From the NCBI RefSeq assembly GCF_009914755.1, contig NC_060939.1: a DNA stretch of 64,000 nt; one strand, 5' to 3'. The notes beneath the pieces were generated by a model. It had not been told where the DNA came from and did no database searches. It saw nothing but the letters and a program-made list of their open reading frames with translations. Position numbers and translations under genes: made by a program. Of the stretch, positions 1 through 14,631 are shown one piece after another. Each line of letters begins with the position of its first letter. Positions within the stretch are counted from its first letter, which is position 1. Origin of the DNA: the human T2T-CHM13v2.0 reference genome, Homo sapiens.

Positions 1-944
1 GCTGGTACTTGTTTGGGCCTGGGTTTTATGACCCACCAGGATTCTTGAAACAAATCACAAAACAATCAGGGTTAAGTCCATGGGTCTTTTTGGGAAAGTG
101 TGACTCTCTGAGTGCCAGAGAAGTCAGACAGTTTTCTGGAAGTGGAGGCAGCAGAAGAAACTGACATTCTCATCTGCTTCCACTGACCAGCCCACCAAAC
201 CTCCAGCCACCCTGCAAAGAAGGCAGGACAACCTGTATTGCCGTTTTACAAACAGGAAAACTAATGCCCTTCCAAGCCACCAAGGTCTGGATGCTCTCCC
301 CATGGCACCACTGTGCTCAAAGGACCAGAAGAAGGTTTGGCTATTGGGGAGACTGTCTGGGGCAAAGTCCTAGGGAGAAGGGACAGTGTGGAAAGCAAGC
401 CCCTTGGTGAGAGGCTGTGCTGAGCAGGATTCAGGGACTCAGGGAAGGAAGGCTGGCACTGAGGCCCAGCTGGAGTGGGTAAGATGCCCTGAGCCCACGC
501 CCAGGGAAGGCCGGAAGCCCAGGACAAACATCATGTCCCATCTACCTTCCAGCTGTTCTCCAGCCCAGCAGGTTCCAAAAGCCCCAGAGTGGGGCCGAAG
601 TCGCTGGTGGCTCCTTCAAAGCAGACAAAGGGTAGCGGTGCAGGGCCTGCCCTTGGGCCCACAGCCAGGGCAGGGGTCGGGGAGAGGGCGGAGAATGGCT
701 ACACAACCCCAAGTGGAGGGAGGGAGGCAGGTGGAAGACTGCTGAGAAACAGAAGGTTCCCCAGTCTTAGCCTTAGCCTGAACCAGCAGGGGAGACTGAG
801 CAAGGGCAGCCAGCCAGCAAAGCCCATTAGGGAGAACTGGCAGGGGCTGGGCTGCCAGGGCTGCATTCCATCAGAAACCAGAGATGCCAGAGGAGGAGGA
901 GGAAGATGATGACGACGATGATGATGCCCCTACCACCCAACCCT

Positions 945-1185
945 TCCATCGCATTTACTACGTGCCAAACACTATTCCAAATGATTTTTAGATATATTAA
1001 CTCATTTAATCATCACTGAACTCTCATGAAGTAGGTTCTTTTATTATCCCCATTTTGCAGATGAGGACCATGAGACACAGAGAAGCTGAGTAACTTACCC
1101 AGCATTACACAGCTAGTAAGGGGTGGAGCAGAGGTTCATACTCAGGCAAGCTGACTCCAGAATCTGTGCTTATAACATCGTATTC
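945..1185 (-). mobile_element. MIR SINE
   Basis: MIR core: ATTATCCCCATTTTGCAGATGAGGA...AGTAACTTACCCAG...ACACAGCTAGTAAG. Confidence 0.75.
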
Positions 1186-1363
1186 CAGAGATGAGCCCTT
1201 GGAGGCTTCCAAGGTCAGCCCTTCCCAGACAGATGAGGAGACCAAAGCCTACCGAGGGTGAGGCCCAGTTAGAGGCTACTTGGCTAATGAAGTCCTGACC
1301 TCTGCCCGTAACACCCTGAAGACAGTGTGTGCAAGTGAGCACAGGTGTGCAGGCCCAGGTGAA

Positions 1364-2245
<882 letters not shown>

Positions 2246-2351
2246 GTGGGGCAGGAATCTTCTCGAGGTGCAGCGTGGGGCCCCGGTCCTGAGTGACTGA
2301 TTAGAAAGACAAGTCTCCCAAGATCTCGCTCAGAACATAAAGTACTCTGTG

Positions 2352-2510
2352 GGGCCGGGTGCCATGGCTCATGCCTGTTATCCCAGCACTTCGGGAGACC
2401 AAGGCAGAAGGATCACATGTGTTCAGGAGTTAGAGGCTGCAGAGAGCTATGAATGCACCACTGTACTCCAGCCTGGGAGACAGTGAGATCCTGTCTCTAA
2501 GAAAAAAAGT
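2352..2510 (+). mobile_element. Alu monomer / deleted Alu
   Basis: GGCCGGGTGCCATGGCTCATGCCTGT...CAGCCTGGGAGACAG + A tail; AAAGTACT on both flanks. Confidence 0.75.
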
Positions 2511-3157
2511 ACTGCATGCTCTGAAGCTGACCACAGTGAAGGGCAGAGTGTGCTCACCAGCCAGGTCCCCACTCAGCCAGCCCTGGCGAAAACACTCACC
2601 TCCACTCCTCAGCTCAAGGACCCACCATGGCTCCTAACTGCCCATCCAAGCAGGGCCCAAAACCTCAGGGCAGGGCAGTCAAGGCCCACCTCATCTCTGC
2701 ACAGCTCTGCCATGGCTCATTTCCATCTCTGCACTTTGCTCCTGTTCTCCCCTCCCTGGATTGACCTTCCTCCTTTTCTCTGTGCACATGGATCTTACCT
2801 GTCCTTGAAAATGTAGCTAAATCCCTTGGATCCAGGAAGTATTCCAGACTGCTCCAGCCCTCACTGCCCGTACCTTCGACCTTGTACCACAAACCATCTG
2901 GCACCACCATCTTCGCTCAGATCATGCTGTCTGATGGGATTTCATCTGGCCTATGGGGCCCTGAAGGTGAGGACCAGGCTTCCTCTTGCTCCAAGTCTTC
3001 CATTCCCAGGGAGCAGCTCAGACAGTGGAGAGAAGCAAGACTGGGGCAGGCCAAACTCCCATGCCAGAGGGACAGGTATCTTAGAACAGATTCCTGGGCC
3101 ACCAATGGAGTGCAGAAGTCATCACAGTGACCTTCCTTCCTCGACAGGCTGGGCCAG

Positions 3158-3340
3158 AGCTCCTGCCTCAGCCTCCCAAGTAGCTGGGATTACAGGCGTG
3201 TGCCACCACACCCAGCTAATTTTTTTGTATTTTTAGTAAAGACGGGGTTTCACCATGTTGGCCAGGCTGGTCTCGAACTCCTGACCTCAACTGATCTGCC
3301 TACCTTGGCCTCCCAAAGTGCTGGGATTACAGGCGTGAGA
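3158..3340 (-). mobile_element. Partial Alu
   Basis: CCTGCCTCAGCCTCCCAAGTAGCTGGGATTACAGGC...CCCAAAGTGCTGGGATTACAGGCGTGAG. Confidence 0.85.
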
Positions 3341-6300
3341 CTCTGTACAAACAACAATATGAATAGCTGTCTATGCTGCACTCTGCCCCCACCCTATGCT
3401 CCTGCCCCTAGCTCTAGCCTGGCTCCTCCTCCTCCCCCAGGAAGCCTTCCTTGATTGCACCATCCCACACTGACCTTTCCTGCTCTCACCTCCTGTCACA
3501 GTCCTAGGCTACATCTGCAGGTCATTCCTGACCTCCCCAGGGGTCCGCCCTACTTCACAGGCAGAAGACTCACCTCTCCAGGAATGTGGGGGCTCCCCAA
3601 GGGCAAACCCAGGGCTTCTCTTCCTGCCTCTCCCCCAGAGGAGCCGAACACAGACCTAGGCTGGCTGCCCTCCATGATGAGGGGTCACCCAGGGGTGCTG
3701 GCACAGAGCCCAAGCCTCTGGCTGGAAGCATGGGGTGCAGAAGGCATGGCAGGATCAGCATAATCCCAGGCTGTCATGACAGTTAAAACCTGATTAGCCC
3801 GAGCCGGGACACAGATCAACCTGTCCTTGGGACCTGAGGCCCAACCCACCTGAGGAAAGACCAGAAGAGGTATATGGAGCTGGTCCAAATCCAAGGTCCT
3901 GAAGAGAGGACACTCACAGCTGGTGTGGCTCCTGGGAACAGACAGCACTGGGGCGGGAAGAGTCTGGGCCCAACTGGGCTAGCAGAGGAGGAAAGGCACT
4001 GAAGGGGCCCCCAGCCTGGGACAGAGTATGATGGCAGACAGAAAGCTGGAAACAGGCTGAGAGCTGGGGCAGAAGCAGGCTCAGACGACTCAGCCCCGGT
4101 CCCAGCTCTGCCTCTTTGGGTGATCTCGGGCCAGTCCCTGTCATCTCTGAGCCTCAGTTTCCCCATCTGTGGAATGTTTGGCTGGCCCAGCTAATCTCTG
4201 ACATTTCTTTTCTGACATCCTAAGCTCGCGCTGTCAGGCTGTGTGGGTTGGGGTCATCCAAGAAGGTTCCTCAGAGGAACTGAGAAAGAACCAGCAGCCT
4301 CCTTTCTGGGCAGAAAGGAGGAGGAGGGTGAGTGGGGTGCAGAGAGGAGGCGGAGCCAGGGAGCAGTGAGGGAAGAACTGTGGGAGTCTAGGAGGCAGTG
4401 GGGCCAGGCCACCATGCAGGGCCTGGGGAAGGCGGCAGCTGTGTGCCATGTGTTCTGGATGGGGTGCAGCATAGGGACAGAGGTCCTCCGGGAGGCTGGG
4501 CACAGATCTGGAGAGATGGCAAGGCCAGGGCCAGGGAGAATAAAGGGCTTGGAGAGCCACCCCATACCATTCGGGGCAGAGAGGGGACAGTCCCTCAAGG
4601 CCTGGCTGGCTAGGGAAGGGGGAACTCTGTCCTCTGAGGAGGCAGGGCCCAAGAAGGTGCCGTGGCCCTCCATCCCCCTGCTTTCTTTCTGGCCTGCCTG
4701 GTTCCCTGAGGACAGGACAGCTGGCCATACACCTGGTGGCTGGCCCTCCCTGCAAGGGTACGGAACCCTGGCTCTTCTGAAGGCAGGACAGGTTAAGGGC
4801 CCCTTCCTCCCCCAACCATGGCGAAGGAAGGCTCCTGGGGCAGCCACGCTGGGCCAAAAAAGGAAATCAAGAGAAGTGGAAACTTTTCAGTCCAGAGCTG
4901 CCGACCAAAGCAGGGGAAGTGCAGTCAGTCTCTTGTGACAGAGCCGTGTGAAGCTGGGGGTGGACAGGCTATCAGCTAGTGGCCCATCTACTCCAGCTAC
5001 TGCCCCCTGAGGGCTGCCAGACCTGCCCCCTGGGCTGAGCTTCACATCCCACCTTGCTTGGCCCTCCTCAAAAAACAGAGCCCAGCTTTCCCTGCTTCCC
5101 CCAGGGCGCCACCCTCAGCCCAGATAGTGACCTATCCATGCCACCCCCACCCTGCCACCTCCATGCTCCTTCCATCTCTGCAGAGGAAGAGCAGGAGAAG
5201 ACAGAGCTGAGGGACAGACCTTCTCACCTGGAGACTGTCCTGCGGTCAGGAGTCAATGGGGAAAGCCATGGTCTCCCTGGACCCAGACCCAGCCTCCCAC
5301 CAGGGAACTGTGACGGGGCTATGGCCTTGCCAGCACTCGAGAGGCCTTCCCTGCCTGCCACGGCCCTTCTCCAGTGGGTGCGTCCTTCCTCCTCACTGCT
5401 GCGCCAGTCATAGGATGACAGGTATCCCCTCACCTATGCCCATCTGGACAAGTTTCAAACTTTTCGGGAGCCCCCAGGCCCAGGCTGACTCAACGCCTCT
5501 TCACATGGGGGCCCCTCACATGGCTTCTCTCCTCTCTGTGGTCCTAGCTGTAAGTTCTTGGGTTTAAAATCCTACTAAGTGGGGTGCTTCCTCCTGTTCC
5601 TTCCCTCCCCCAGCTGGCTCCTCCTCCTGCCATTTCAGCTTGCTCCCTCTTCCAGGAAGCCCTCCCTGATTGGGAAAATTGGGTTAGGCATCTCCTCAGT
5701 GCCCATAACTGCTCTCTGTTACACATTCTGTTGTACCTGCAGGTTTATCTGCCCATCTACATCTACACTGAGAAGTCTACAAGGGCACGGAATCATCTTG
5801 TTCCTCATCACCAGATCCCCAAGCTCATCCCCAAGACCAGCACAAGGGTGGCCCCGGCAAATGTTTGCTGAATGAATATGTCCACCCTTGAGGGCACATG
5901 CTGATGATCCATTTCCTCCAAATGATCCTCAGCCTTTGGCCCACGAGAGAAAAAGATAGGAAAGAACGCGAACTTAAGGGTTTCCCCTGACTTCCCAGGT
6001 TTCAATTTCTCCTCCAGATTTCTCGAAATCTAAGATTTAAACAGGCCACCACAGACTCTGCCCAGCCCCTCCCATCCCAGAGAGAGAGAAATCCTAAGAC
6101 ATTAAATCTCAGAAAAGGATGAGCCCCCTCCCCTACCCTCTTTGGGCATTTGGGGAAACTGGGGTTCAGTAAAAGGCAAAGACTTGCCCAGTCACAGAGC
6201 AAATTAGGTCACAGCCTGAACCAGGCTCCCGACCTCCCAGCTCTCTCCCCTATACCATGGTCATCATTGGACCTGTGCCAGCGTCCATTCCACCGGACCT

Positions 6301-8499
6301 GCTCTCAGAATCTTCACTGTCCAGGACAGAGGGGTCACAGAGCTTGGTAGGAAGCTCCTGGTGACCTCACCAAGCATCTCTCTTGGCTTAGGAAACTCCC
6401 CCTCTCCTCCGGGGAATTGCCCCCCCACCATGAGACTCTGTGGAGGGAGTTCACCTTGAAGGTGATGAACACATCTAAGTCCCCAAGGGGGCAAGGATTT
6501 CCACTGGAAATGCTGATGCTTGGGAAGCCCCAGATGTGACCTCATCCCCTGGAGGAGGTAACAACAACCTCCTGCCCTGGGGAGCAGCCCCAGAATGGCT
6601 CCCCAGCAGCCACCAAGTCAACAATAACATCCCGTTGTTTCACTGGACAAAAGCGAGGGAGGGCAGAACCAGCCGGGCAGGTTGAGACTGGGGATATGGG
6701 TTCTGTTTCCCCATGGACAGGCTGGTTCACCTCTGACCTTGGGGTTCCAAGCCTTCTTTAGCTCCTCCAACCACTGATAAAATGGAAGAGGGGTGCACAG
6801 CTTACAAACGCATGCCAACCTCCTGCTAAGCCCCAGCCCTCACCTGCAATCTACTCCCTTACAGTTCCTGCTTACAGGAAGATCAGGACCACACATGCAC
6901 ATCCTTGACTGGCCCATGTGTCAGTGACAGCCCTTGGGGGACAATCCCTACAGCCTTTCTTGCTCTGGCAGGCTCTAAGGGTCAAAGACAAGTGTGGAGC
7001 TCAAGGACACCCAGCAGGTACATGATAGCCCATCTCTCTCCCTGGCCTGAGCTACGCTGTGCCAGACTTTCATCAAGCTGCAGAGGCAGCAATCTCCCTG
7101 ATCAGTGCAGGCTGGGCCCCTCTCAGAGTTCCCTGCTTTAATCTTTCTCTAGAACTTGGGGATCCAAGCAGCAGAAAATAAAGAACTTTCCATACCTATT
7201 CCAGTCCCCACAGCTGTCCTGACTCAAAACTAAAACCCCCATCTATGCCTCATAGAGAAATGGCTCCAGAACCACCACCATCCCTGATTTTGTCATTCCT
7301 GGATACCACCATACTCCCACCCACCACTGGTAGACAGAGCTCTAGGCTTCCAGAAAGACCCCCTCTTACCCTGTTCCTGGGTTTGTCCTACCCAAGCCCA
7401 TTCCTGTCCGATTGCCATGTGTCACCCCACAGGAGACAGGAGGCAGCTGTCAGTCGGGCACACCATCACCAGCTGGTGGCCCTGGGGGTGGGGGGCAGGT
7501 GAATGGCAGGGCCTGTCTGGCCAGTGGGGCACCTGGCACTGGTGAAGGAGACCACAGACTGTCGTTGGACAAGACTGGTGAACGGTTGGCAGACCCCAGC
7601 CAGCGGGGCTCAACAGTGCATTACTAAGCAGAGGGCACAGCCAGTGTGGCTACAGCAGTGAACTGCGGGCGGGGGGGTAGGCCATGGAGCTGTGCTGGGA
7701 GCTTCGAAAAGTGGGTAAGAGGACTGAAAGCAACTTTAAATAGCCTCAGGGTGGGAACTAAGTGCCCAGGATGGGATGTATGCATTAAGTGCTAAGAAGT
7801 GGGTGTGCATTAAGTGGGGTGGGGGTGGGGGGTCATGGGAAGACTTTGGGACAGGCAAACAGAGTCAAAATGCAAGGGGTTTGATGGAGGGAAAGATTCC
7901 AGAACACTCAGATGTGGCCATTTGTCCCCTCCAGAGTGCCCACACGCTATGATGTCCAAGACAGCCAAGGAGACTGAGGGAAGGCAAAGCTGCTGGGAGG
8001 GCAAAGGAAGCTTGGGCTGGAGCTGGGATGGCAGAGGGGTGTGCAGGCCTCCTCCATGTACAGGCGGCCGGAGCTCTAGCAGCACTGCTCGGCTTCCTCC
8101 AGGAGCACCTCAGGCTGGGTAGCCGAGCTGGTCCCCAGAGCACCTCATTCATGGTCCCTGAACCACCTAAATCCTTCTCCCCTCCCTAACCCAGAACCTG
8201 GACTGGTCCTGTGCCAGATCAGAGCCCCTGCCTGCACCTGGGCTCCCACACTGCTCAGTGACCTTGGGCAAGTCACATTCCCTCAGCTACTGCGGCAGTT
8301 CGGGCCACTCGTTTTGTGTATGGTTTTTTTTCCCCTCTGCTAATAATACCTGCCCCAGATAATGCTCAGACTCCCGCAATCCCTGCAAACTGCCAAAGGC
8401 ATCAAAAGGCTCCCGGTGGGGCCAGACCCGACCAGTTCCCCCAGCCCCCACTGCGAGTCCCCCACCATCACGACAGGGGGGCCGCAGACACGCCAAATT

Positions 8500-9900
8500 T
8501 GGGGACAGAGCCGAATCGGACTGGGGGCGGGGAGGCATTTGTGTGCAATGCAGGGGAGGGGAGATCAGTTCCTCGCGGCAGAAAGCCTCAAACCCCCGCC
8601 TAACCGGCTTTCTGTCCCATAGTACAGGGTCTAAACTGAGGTGCCCTGGGGGAGACTCCAGTCCCCCAGGTTCTTATTATCTACCCTGGCCTAAAGGCTG
8701 CACCCCCGCCCTAGATCCACCGCCTGGGGGTCCCAACGGCCGTGCCCCACCCAACGGGCACTGCCCCCCAACGCTGGAGCCGATTTCTGGTGACAACTGC
8801 CACGTGCGGGCAAGGGGGGAGCGGCCGGTCCCGGCATTGCTGAGGCAGCGCCCTGGTACCCCAAGCCGCCGCACCGCACCATGTCCCGCCGCTCGCTGCA
8901 GGATGCCCACCCCCTTGCCTGGCCCGAGCTCCGGGCCGGGGCGGGGGCGGGGGCAGGCGGCGGGGTCTTTGTTCCCGCTGCCGAAGCGCGGCGGCGGCGG
9001 CAAGGGGTCCGCGCCCCCCTTGCCGGCCCAGCCTGCGCCCCGCGCGCCAGCAGAGCCCGCAGCTCAAAAGGAGGGTACCCGGGTTGGGGTCCCAGGCGGG
9101 GAAAGGTCCTCCGCCGAAGCCCCCGAGCCAGAGGACCCAGAGTGGCTCGGGGCCGAGAGAGGGGCCCGCCCCCTCCCCTGGCGCCCGGGCGTTGCGGCTC
9201 CTGGTTGCCAGGGACTTGGTGCGACTTAGCCGGGGCTCCGGCCCCCGCCGCTCGCTCGCCGCAGCGTTACAGCCGGCTCTGGTGTGCCAGCGTGTACACT
9301 CACACACACTCACCCAAACCCACACGCTCCACGCGGGGACAGCGCGGGGACAGCCCGGGACCCGCAGAGCTGCGCGCACGCACTCCCTCCGGGTGCAGCA
9401 CACTCCGCACCCGCCCCGCGCAGCGTCTGATCCCGCGCCTGACCGGCCGCGCGGCGCCGCCTACCTTTCCAGACGGCGAAGATGCGGGGTCCGCTCCTTA
9501 GGTGGCCCTGGGCGGAGGCGGCGGCCGCCCAGAGCAGCAGCAGCAGCCGCAGCCGCAGCGGAAGCCCCAACCGAGCCGGCGGGCCAGGGACGCGGGCGCG
9601 CGGTGCGCTGGGGGCGGCACGTCCGGGCGGAGGAGGCGTCATCCCGTGGCCCCGGGAGCGACAGCGGCAATCAGCCGAGACTGAGCCAGCGCCCGGCCGC
9701 AGGCAGACCCAAGCGCCAGGAGGCGGAGCCAGCGCTGACCCCACCCCGCCCCTCCCCCCGCCCCTCGCAGCCTTTTCTCGCCTCACTGGCTTTCCTGAGC
9801 GAGAGCGGAACTGCTGGGGGAACCTTCGCCACCCTCTCCCGGGCAACTCTACGGGGAAAGCCCAGCTGCGGACAAGCCAGACTTGTGGTCTTCTGCCAGG
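8500..9900. promoter_or_regulatory. SEMA7A: CpG island / SEMA7A promoter with clustered SP/KLF GC boxes
   Basis: Very high GC and CpG density. CCCCACCCCGCCCCTCCCCCCGCCCC at ~9739-9764, about 100 nt upstream of the ATG. No obvious TATA box. Confidence 0.85.
9465..9642 (-). CDS. SEMA7A: Semaphorin-7A coding exon 1 (signal peptide and start of mature protein); remaining exons lie left of the window
   Basis: Translates MTPPPPGRAAPSAPRARVPGPPARLGLPLRLRLLLLLWAAAASAQGHLRSGPRIFAVWK(G), the recognised SEMA7A N-terminus. ATG at 9642-9640. Donor AAAG|GTAGG with GT at 9464-9463 (178 nt, phase 1). Confidence 0.97.
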
Positions 9901-12900
9901 GGCGGCAGGCCCTATCCCCTCTCTGGGCCTCAGTTCCACTCCCCGCACCCCGTAAAAAGATTGGCGTAGAAGTCGTGGAGGACCTCTCTCCAAGGGCGCA
10001 GAGGAGTCCAACACCCAACAACCTTGCTATGGCCAGCTAAGTGGTTCGCACCCTGAGGACTATGGTCCTCGGAGGATGCGTTCGCCTAAGTGGACACGGC
10101 TCCCTGCTGAGCCTACCAGCAGGCACAACGATGATATGTGGGGAGCACTCAGGGACCCGCTGTTGCTTTGCCTGGGAGAACACTGGAAATTTTTCATCTT
10201 GGCCTGGCTCCTTCCCCTCCCTCTCCTTTCTCCTCCCTTTCCCAGCCAGCAGCCTTCTGGGCTGCCTCCCCCCAAGCCAGCTGGTGTACGCTCAGAAAAT
10301 CCAAACTCATTTCCATGTGAGTGGAGGGGGATATAATTAGGAAGGCCCCTTCCCCAAGTAGAGAGGGGAGCATCCCCCGTGCCCCACTCACTGTGGGGGA
10401 GGGAGGGTCAAAGCAGCTTAAGGGGATCTCTGCCCGCAAAGTGCCTAGGGCTCAGCTATCTCAGGCAACCTGACCATTCAGTGGGGACTCCCTTGGGGGG
10501 TCCAGGCCCAGACCCTCTGCAGTTACCTGAGCAGTCCAGCCAGCTCTGCCATCAGCTCCTCCTCTCAGAACTACGTGCCTGCCCTTTGTAAAAGGGTCTC
10601 CTCTCTCTAGACCAGACAGGGCCCAGACCTACCACTTCCACTTGTGCCCCAGGGAACCATGAATGGAAAATCCACCCAGCTCAGTAAGTACTTATCTAGT
10701 GTTTACTGGATGTCTAGCTGCACTGAGAGGAGACAGGCCGAGGAAGGAGTAGAGGTGAATATCCAACCTTCAGAACTCACAGACCTAGACACGATTCACG
10801 CACTGCAGACACCAGCAAAGGCGGTGGGCTGGCTGCCCTCTGCCCTCTGCCCTGCTCCATGGGGCCAGGACCATTTGGTTGTTGTTTTTACCTCCTGGAA
10901 CCAGGAAAGTTTTGCTACCAAGAAGTTTGGCTTTACCATTCTACATTTTGCTTCCAGTTGTCCCCTCCTTCTTCCCTCAGAGTCCTGAGGCACCCCAGCA
11001 GGCCAGGAAGGTAAACTCAAGGTACCTCCAGAGACAGTGCAGAGTGAGGTTCCTGGCCCACTGGGTGAAGCCAACAGCCTCCTGATACACAGGGGCACAC
11101 TGCCCCAGAGAGGGAGGCTGTGGACAGTCTAAGAGCTCCTCCTCAGGCCTGCACCTAAGCCTGTGGCCCTGAAGCCAGCAGTGGAGCCTGGCCCAGGCCA
11201 GCCTCTAAGATGGACATTCGGTTTCACCTGCTAGACAGGTATTGCCCTCAGTGTCTGTCCTCTCTATGCAAAGCTAGGGCAAACTAAGAAATCACCTGTC
11301 TCTGCCTTTTGGAACTAAGAATTCAAATGGATTCAAAATCAATGATAACACTGCCCATGTGCATGGCAACTCACAACACATAACCCACATTCACCTACCT
11401 CATCTCTGCCAGTCCTCCACTCTCTTCCTCTCACTGAGGGAGGGAGCGTAACTCCACTGCAGAGAAGAAAACTGAGGTACAGGGAGGGACAAGGACGGAC
11501 CTGCCCGAGGTCAACCGGTAAATGGTAGAACGAAGATGGGTTTTCTGACTGCAATAACAATTGCTAACACTGTGGTTCCTATGTGCTGTGCCATCTCATA
11601 GCCTCTCCCAACTCATTCAATCTTCGCACTCCTATGAGATAGGAGCTATTAGTCACCTCCCTTTACAAATGAAGAAATCAAGGCACAGACAAGGGATGTG
11701 AAGTGCCAGGATCGCACAACTAGAGGCAGGACGGATTGAAACTCAGGTGGTTTCTCAAGGACCCACACCCTTGACTTCTCTCTGTGTGATGTACCCTGGC
11801 ACTGCTGCCTCCTGTCTGTGGCTGAAGTCTGGGTCCAAACCATCCCCAGAAGGACCTAGATAGGGCCCAGGTCACCAGGTGCTGAGTAGGAGGGCAGACC
11901 AGGGAATGGGCTCAATCTCCCAATCAACAGAGTAGCAGATGGAAACTGGGGTAGATGCCAGATAATTTTTTTTCCAGACTGGGGGGTAGGGGGGAAGGAA
12001 GTAGTACTTAAGACCATCCTCCCCACAAGCCAGCCAACCTGGGGACAAAGGGCCAGGCGAGATGGCAGCCCACTCTCTCGGTTGGCTGCAGGCAGCCAGG
12101 GGAGGAGAGAACTAAGCCCATGACTTGAGGCAATAACTTTATAAAGGGAAAGGCAGCTAGACTGTGGGGCAGGCACTATGACCAGAGTTTAGGCATGGAC
12201 TTTCCTGCCTCAGGCAGCATAGGAAAATCAAGTCAGAATGGTATAGGTGGTGTCAGAGGCCTGCCTGCCTCATTGGAGGCCAAGGCTGGCTCTTGAGCCT
12301 GGACCAAGAACAGGGGCACAATTCCCACTCACAGCCAGTGATGGGAAGTGGACCAGCAGAGGAAGCAACACATGTGGATGCTGACACGTCTGATGGGGAG
12401 GCACATTCTTGTCCCTCCCTTCTCCATGATTCCACATTCAGGGGAGGGAGGAAGAAATGATGCAGGGCTTCTATCGATAAGAAAAATACCTTGAGAAGGA
12501 TCACTTCCTGAGCCCCATGGACAGCTGAGGCACAGCCCAATCCAAGAAGGCTCCTTTTGGAATGAAAGAAATGGATACACACAGACCTGAGATTCATGGT
12601 CTTGAAGCAGTGGCAGAAGCCCCGGGCAATCCCCCCAACATTCCAACTAAAGCCTCTCACCTTTCAGGGTCCAACTTAACTCATCCTTCCATTCTCCAGA
12701 GTTATCTGACCTCCTCCTCAGCCCTGATTCCATGGCTACACATGGCCTTCACAGGAGTGACCCACCTCAAACAAGAGGCCTGTGGGAGATAGAAGGATTC
12801 CGTGAGGAGATAACATATGCAGACGTGAGGTCACCCACACACAGTTCACTTCCTTTCACAGATACGATGATCCAAGAATCCCAATTCTTAGGATTAGAAG

Positions 12901-13204
12901 TAGCTCTCAGAGGGCATTCAATCCCCAACAGCCCCCTCCATGCTAGATCCCACCCCTTCTTTGAGGCCTCAGAGCTTGGTGGCCATTCAGACCTCCTGGC
13001 TACTAACAGCAGCAACAATTCCTATTGCCTACCACCATTACTACCTATTGCAGGGGGCAGAGACTTGGAACTGATGAGAACGAGGGGAGTGGGTGGGCTG
13101 GGGTCTGCAGAACCCTGTGCTGTCTATAAGGCAATTTCGACTCAGCTCCAGCCCATGGAACCATGAAGAAGTAAACCCAGTAGTGAAAGGTAGTATGATT
13201 TTCA

Positions 13205-13885
<681 letters not shown>

Positions 13886-14611
13886 TTGACTCTTTGTTGA
13901 AACTCTCTCTTTTAAAATATTGGCAAATAATTCAAAAGTTAAGGAGGATGGATATGGGCAAATAAAAACAGGTCTGGGGCCCATATCTGGGACCCCCAAC
14001 ATACCATGTGCCCACTGTGACTATCTCACAGGCACAGGCACGACAGTCACTATACCTGGCCCAACTCTTGGCAGACCATGTCAGGCAAGGAGTGCCAAGA
14101 AGACACTTCTCAGGCTGCCCAGGCCATGCCTCACCCTCCCCTCAGTGCTCTGCCTGCCTCCAAACCTCAGCCAGGACATTCCCCTCAAGTGCCTGCCTCT
14201 TCCTCCTAGACCAGTTCAGAGATCACCACCTTCCATACATCAGTTCAGCCCACTGTGAATGGAGAACTTCTCAGAACTGCCACCACCTTCTTAGCCCTGA
14301 GGGTCGTGCTCCCAGCAGCATCCCATGCCTACATCTCTGCTTTCTATCCTAATCATTCTACGTGCATTTTTATCTGATCAACCCTACCTAAATTGCTAAG
14401 ATCTAAGTAGGGCCAGCCAAGTTAAGTAAGACAAAGGAAAAATCCAAAGAGGAATATTCAGTCAGCAGAGAAGAGACAGATTTTTTTTCCTTCTAGCAGG
14501 GCACTCAGCTCACCTGAAAACACTACAGGTCCTGTGCCTTCCACAGACAAATCAGCAACATCCTTAGCCCCAAGCCCCAAACTTGGCCAACGTGGCACTG
14601 GGCTTGTGGTG

Positions 14612-14631
14612 GGAGTGCCACCTGGTGGCCA
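14612..14631 (-). promoter_or_regulatory. CTCF binding motif
   Basis: + strand GGAGTGCCACCTGGTGGCCA; reverse complement TGGCCACCAGGTGGCACTCC, an almost perfect CTCF core (CCASYAGRKGGCRS). Confidence 0.75.

Noticed and set aside
4234-4938. Three overlapping ~200-aa ORFs in SEMA7A intron 1
   Set aside because: Purine/GC-biased sequence, no recognisable domain or exon signals.
9533-9560. (CTG)5 / CTGCGG repeats in SEMA7A exon 1 as an expansion locus
   Set aside because: Ordinary short poly-Leu core of a signal peptide; too short to imply instability.
9643-10014. Open frame upstream of the SEMA7A ATG (possible N-terminal extension)
   Set aside because: No upstream ATG in frame, and most of it lies at or beyond the promoter GC boxes.
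8543-10040. Long overlapping ORFs of 200-318 aa on both strands
   Set aside because: Stop-poor CpG island with low-complexity P/A/R/G translations. Only 9465-9642 matches a real protein and has a splice donor.
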